Shown: piece after piece, positions 61,309-64,000 of the stretch
Position numbering within the stretch: position 1 is the stretch's first letter
Layout: every line of letters begins with the position of its first letter
From: an uncultured Gemmatimonadaceae bacterium
GTDB taxonomy: Bacteria; Gemmatimonadota; Gemmatimonadetes; Gemmatimonadales; Gemmatimonadaceae
DNA length: 64,000 nucleotides
Direction of reading: 5' to 3'
NCBI GenBank assembly: GCA_963817955.1
Contig: CAWFQK010000004.1
Coordinates: 448,001-512,000 of the forward strand
Made by a program: the position numbers and the translations under genes
Notes under the pieces: model-generated
Databases searched by the model: none
What the model was told of the DNA's origin: nothing
The model's input: the letters and a program-made list of their open reading frames with translations, nothing else

Positions 61309-62029
61309 TTAGACGCCGACCGCGAGCAAGGCCGCCCGTTCACGAGGCGTCAGCTTGCGCGTCTCGCCGGTCGGAAGGTCTCCGAGCTGCACCGGACCGA
61401 ACCGCACGCGCACGAGCCGTTCCACCTCGAGGCCCAGTGCCTCGCACAGGCGGCGGACTTCGCGCTTGCGGCCCTCGGTGAGGGTGATCTCGAACTCCCA
61501 ACGGTCACGACCCAACTTGCGCGCTGCCACACGTGTCGGGCGCACCGGGCCATCGTCGAGTTCCACGCCTTCCCGTGCGAGCAACACGGCTGCGTCGCCC
61601 TTGCCGCGTCACTGTGGCGACGTACGTGCGCTCCAATTCGCTGCTCGGGTGCGATGAGCCGGTGCGCGGCGGCGCCGTCGGTCGTAAGGAGCAGCACGCC
61701 TTCGGTGAGGAAATCGAGGCGGCCAACGTAGGTCAGTCCAGGAATCTTGGGCACGAGATCGAACACCGTCGGTCGCCCGTCAGGATCGGACCTCGTGGTC
61801 ATCACGCCGGCGGGCTTGTTCAGGACGATCCACTCGGTCGCCGCGGGGCGCCACGACCCGAGCGCCGTCCACTTTGATGCGGTCGCTCGCCGGGTCCACT
61901 GTCTGACCGGTGTGCGCCACCACGCCATTCACACTGAACGCGCCCGGCGGCGATCAGTTCTTCGGCTTTCCGCCGGGACGTGACCCCCGCGCGCGCCAGT
62001 GCGCGCTGGATGCGCATCATCTCGGCCAT
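61309..62029 (-). CDS. rRNA pseudouridine synthase (RluB/RsuA family; frameshifts)
   Basis: [55 protein letters not shown]. Confidence 0.9.
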
Positions 62030-62041
62030 TATTCGGTCTCC

Positions 62042-62603
62042 TCATTGCGATCGCTGCGGTTCGGCGGCACGCTCCGGCATGCGAAGCGCGATCGCCAGCT
62101 CGTCCGCGCGAGGCAGCTCCTCGAGATGCCGCAACGCGAAGTGCTCGAGGAACACCGGCGTCGTACCATAGAGCAGGGGACGCCCGATCCCTTCGCCGCG
62201 CCCGACGACGTCGATCAGGCCGCGCTCGTGCAACGACTTGAGCACGCCGCCAACCGCGACGCCGCGGATCTCCTCGATTTCCGCGCGACCGATCGGCTGG
62301 CGATAGGCGATGATCGCGAGCGTCTCGAGCGCCGCGCCAGACAGACGCGCGGGCCGCGCCGCGAGTTGGGCCCGCTCGATCGCTTCGGTGTACTCGGCGC
62401 GCGTGAGGATCTGCCAGCCGCCGCCAATCTCCACCAGCTCCACGCCATGCCCATTGACGTCGTACTGCTCGCGCAGCTCGTCGAGCGCGGCCTGAAGCTC
62501 GCCGCGCGACGCGTCGGGTTCGAGCGCCGCGAGCTCGTCGGTCGGTGATGGGGCGAGCGCTGGCGAACAGCGCTGCTTCAAGCAGCTTCGCTAGCGGCGT
62601 CAC
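62042..62603 (-). CDS. scpB: SMC-Scp complex subunit ScpB
   Basis: LEAALFA, LSGAALETLAIIAYRQPIGRAEIEEIRGV, GRPLLYGTT. Confidence 0.92.
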
Positions 62604-63321
62604 GAGAGATCTCCACGTTGGCGAAAGGTTTGGGCTGCACCACGCGGAGCTCGCCGAGCTTCGCGAGTTCGAGCAAGCCGAGCAGCGTCGAAAGAATCTG
62701 CCACGGTTCGGCAGTCGTGCTCGATGATTTCCGTCCACATGATCCGCGCTTTGAGCGCCAGCACCGCGCGAATGATGCGCGATCGCACCAGGAACGTCCA
62801 ACGCGCGCGACACGACCTCGTGCATGTTCGGTTCCTTGGCCGCGCGCAGGACGCGGTCGACCGCCGCGAGCAGTTCCGACAGCGAGAGCGCGAGCGGGGC
62901 CTGGGGCGCCGCTGGCGCCTGCGGCAAATAGGCGCGCGCAAACTGGTTTCGCCGCTCTTCACCGCGTCGCTCGAGGACGTCTACGACTTCGCGCATCTGC
63001 TGGTACTCGAGCAACCGCCGCACGAGCTCGGCCCGCGGATCCTCCCACAACTCCTCGTTGCTCCGCGGCAACAGCATCTGCGCTTTGATGCGCAGCAAGC
63101 GCGCCGCCATTTCCAGGTACTCGGCTGCCTCGTTGAGCGCCAAGCGTGCGAATGCGCACGACGAACTGTTCGCAGATCCGTGCGATCGGAATATCGTAGA
63201 TGTCGACCTGCTCTTCGCGAATGAGCGACAGCAGCAGGTCGAGCGGGCCCGAGAACGCCGGCAGCTCGATGATGAAACTGGAATCCGACGCGGGGGCGTC
63301 GGGCGTGTCAGTCGCCGTCAT
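62600..63321 (-). CDS. scpA: Segregation/condensation protein ScpA (frameshifts)
   Basis: FSGPLDLLLSLI, IYDIPIARI, AEYLEMAARLLRIKAQMLLP, DPRAELVRRLLEY. Confidence 0.92.
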
Positions 63322-63334
63322 ACGGTGCGGCCTC

Positions 63335-64000
63335 TCACAGCCACTGATTGAGCGTCGGCAATGCATACGGCGTCGCCCAGTTCAGGAGCACCCCGCCGAA
63401 CGCCATCGCAGGGTGCAACCAGACGTCGAGCACCCCGCCGCCGAAGGACAACAACAGTACGAGCGCGAGAATGCCGTAGCGTCCAAACTGCTGGTACCGA
63501 AGCGCCCACGATACCGGCATGAGGTACTTCACGACGTGTGATCCGTCGAGGGGCGGTATCGGAATGAGATTGAACGCGGCGAGCAGGAGATTCAATCGCA
63601 GACCGACGAACATCATGGCCTGGAGGATGGTCAACGTCGTCTCGGCGGCTGGAGCCGTGCGACCCACGAGTCCGATGATCACGAACAGGACTATCGACAG
63701 CACCGCCAGCAGGAGATTCACGAACACGCCGGCCAGCGAGACGATGATGTCCCCGCGCTTGAACCGTCGGTAGTTTCGTGGATTCACCGGCACCGGCTTG
63801 GCGCCACCCAACACCATGGCGCCGCTCGACATGATGTACAGCATGACCGGCAGAATCACGGTCATGAACGGGTCGATGTGCTTGACCGGGTTCCACGTCA
63901 GCCGGCCAAGCGACAGAGCGGTGGTATCCCCTTGTTTTAGAGCCGCGTACCCATGCGCATATTCGTGGGCGATGACCGAAAACAGCAGGACCGGCACGAA
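63335..64000 (-). CDS. Site-2 protease (peptidase M50); 5' end at or beyond the window edge
   Basis: HEYAHG, GRLTWNPVKHIDP, AKPVPVNP, FNLIPIPPLDG. Confidence 0.92.
   Translation of the reverse strand, partial: FVPVLLFSVIAHEYAHGYAALKQGDTTALSLGRLTWNPVKHIDPFMTVILPVMLYIMSSGAMVLGGAKPVPVNPRNYRRFKRGDIIVSLAGVFVNLLLAVLSIVLFVIIGLVGRTAPAAETTLTILQAMMFVGLRLNLLLAAFNLIPIPPLDGSHVVKYLMPVSWALRYQQFGRYGILALVLLLSFGGGVLDVWLHPAMAFGGVLLNWATPYALPTLNQWL

Overview
GC-rich bacterial chromosome segment. Gene order and protein style suggest Gemmatimonadota; this is an inference. Two long housekeeping blocks run mostly on the minus strand. The first is murI, tRNA-Sec, selD, ridA, tatD, secDF, ribF, truB, rbfA, infB, nusA, rimP, murA, gatCAB, uvrD/pcrA, serS, manC and others. 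The second is groESL with a CIRCE, coaX, birA, uppP, bshA, miaA, mutL, a MoxR/Bat operon, rluB, scpBA and a site-2 protease. Between them lies an accessory island of about 15 kb (about 29.5-44.7 kb). Its core is an integron-type cassette array with no integrase gene in the window: one attI-like entry site, six complete attC sites, one truncated site and two decayed ones. Five of the complete sites show the classic extrahelical bases. The cassettes carry an orphan gene, a DUF2971-like gene, a secreted SH3-like protein, a uracil-DNA-glycosylase-like gene split by an IS21, an HNH-like nuclease and a DUF6883/DUF4926-like gene pair. An IS3 element and the tail of an IS91-type element ending in its own mini-attC are also embedded. 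Unexplained 21-bp periodic (heptad-coding) tracts bracket the island on both sides. selD is a selenoprotein (in-frame UGA plus a candidate SECIS) directly followed by selC. Many essential genes show patchy frameshifts that look like long-read consensus errors, so coordinates there are approximate. All family assignments come from motif recognition, not database searches.
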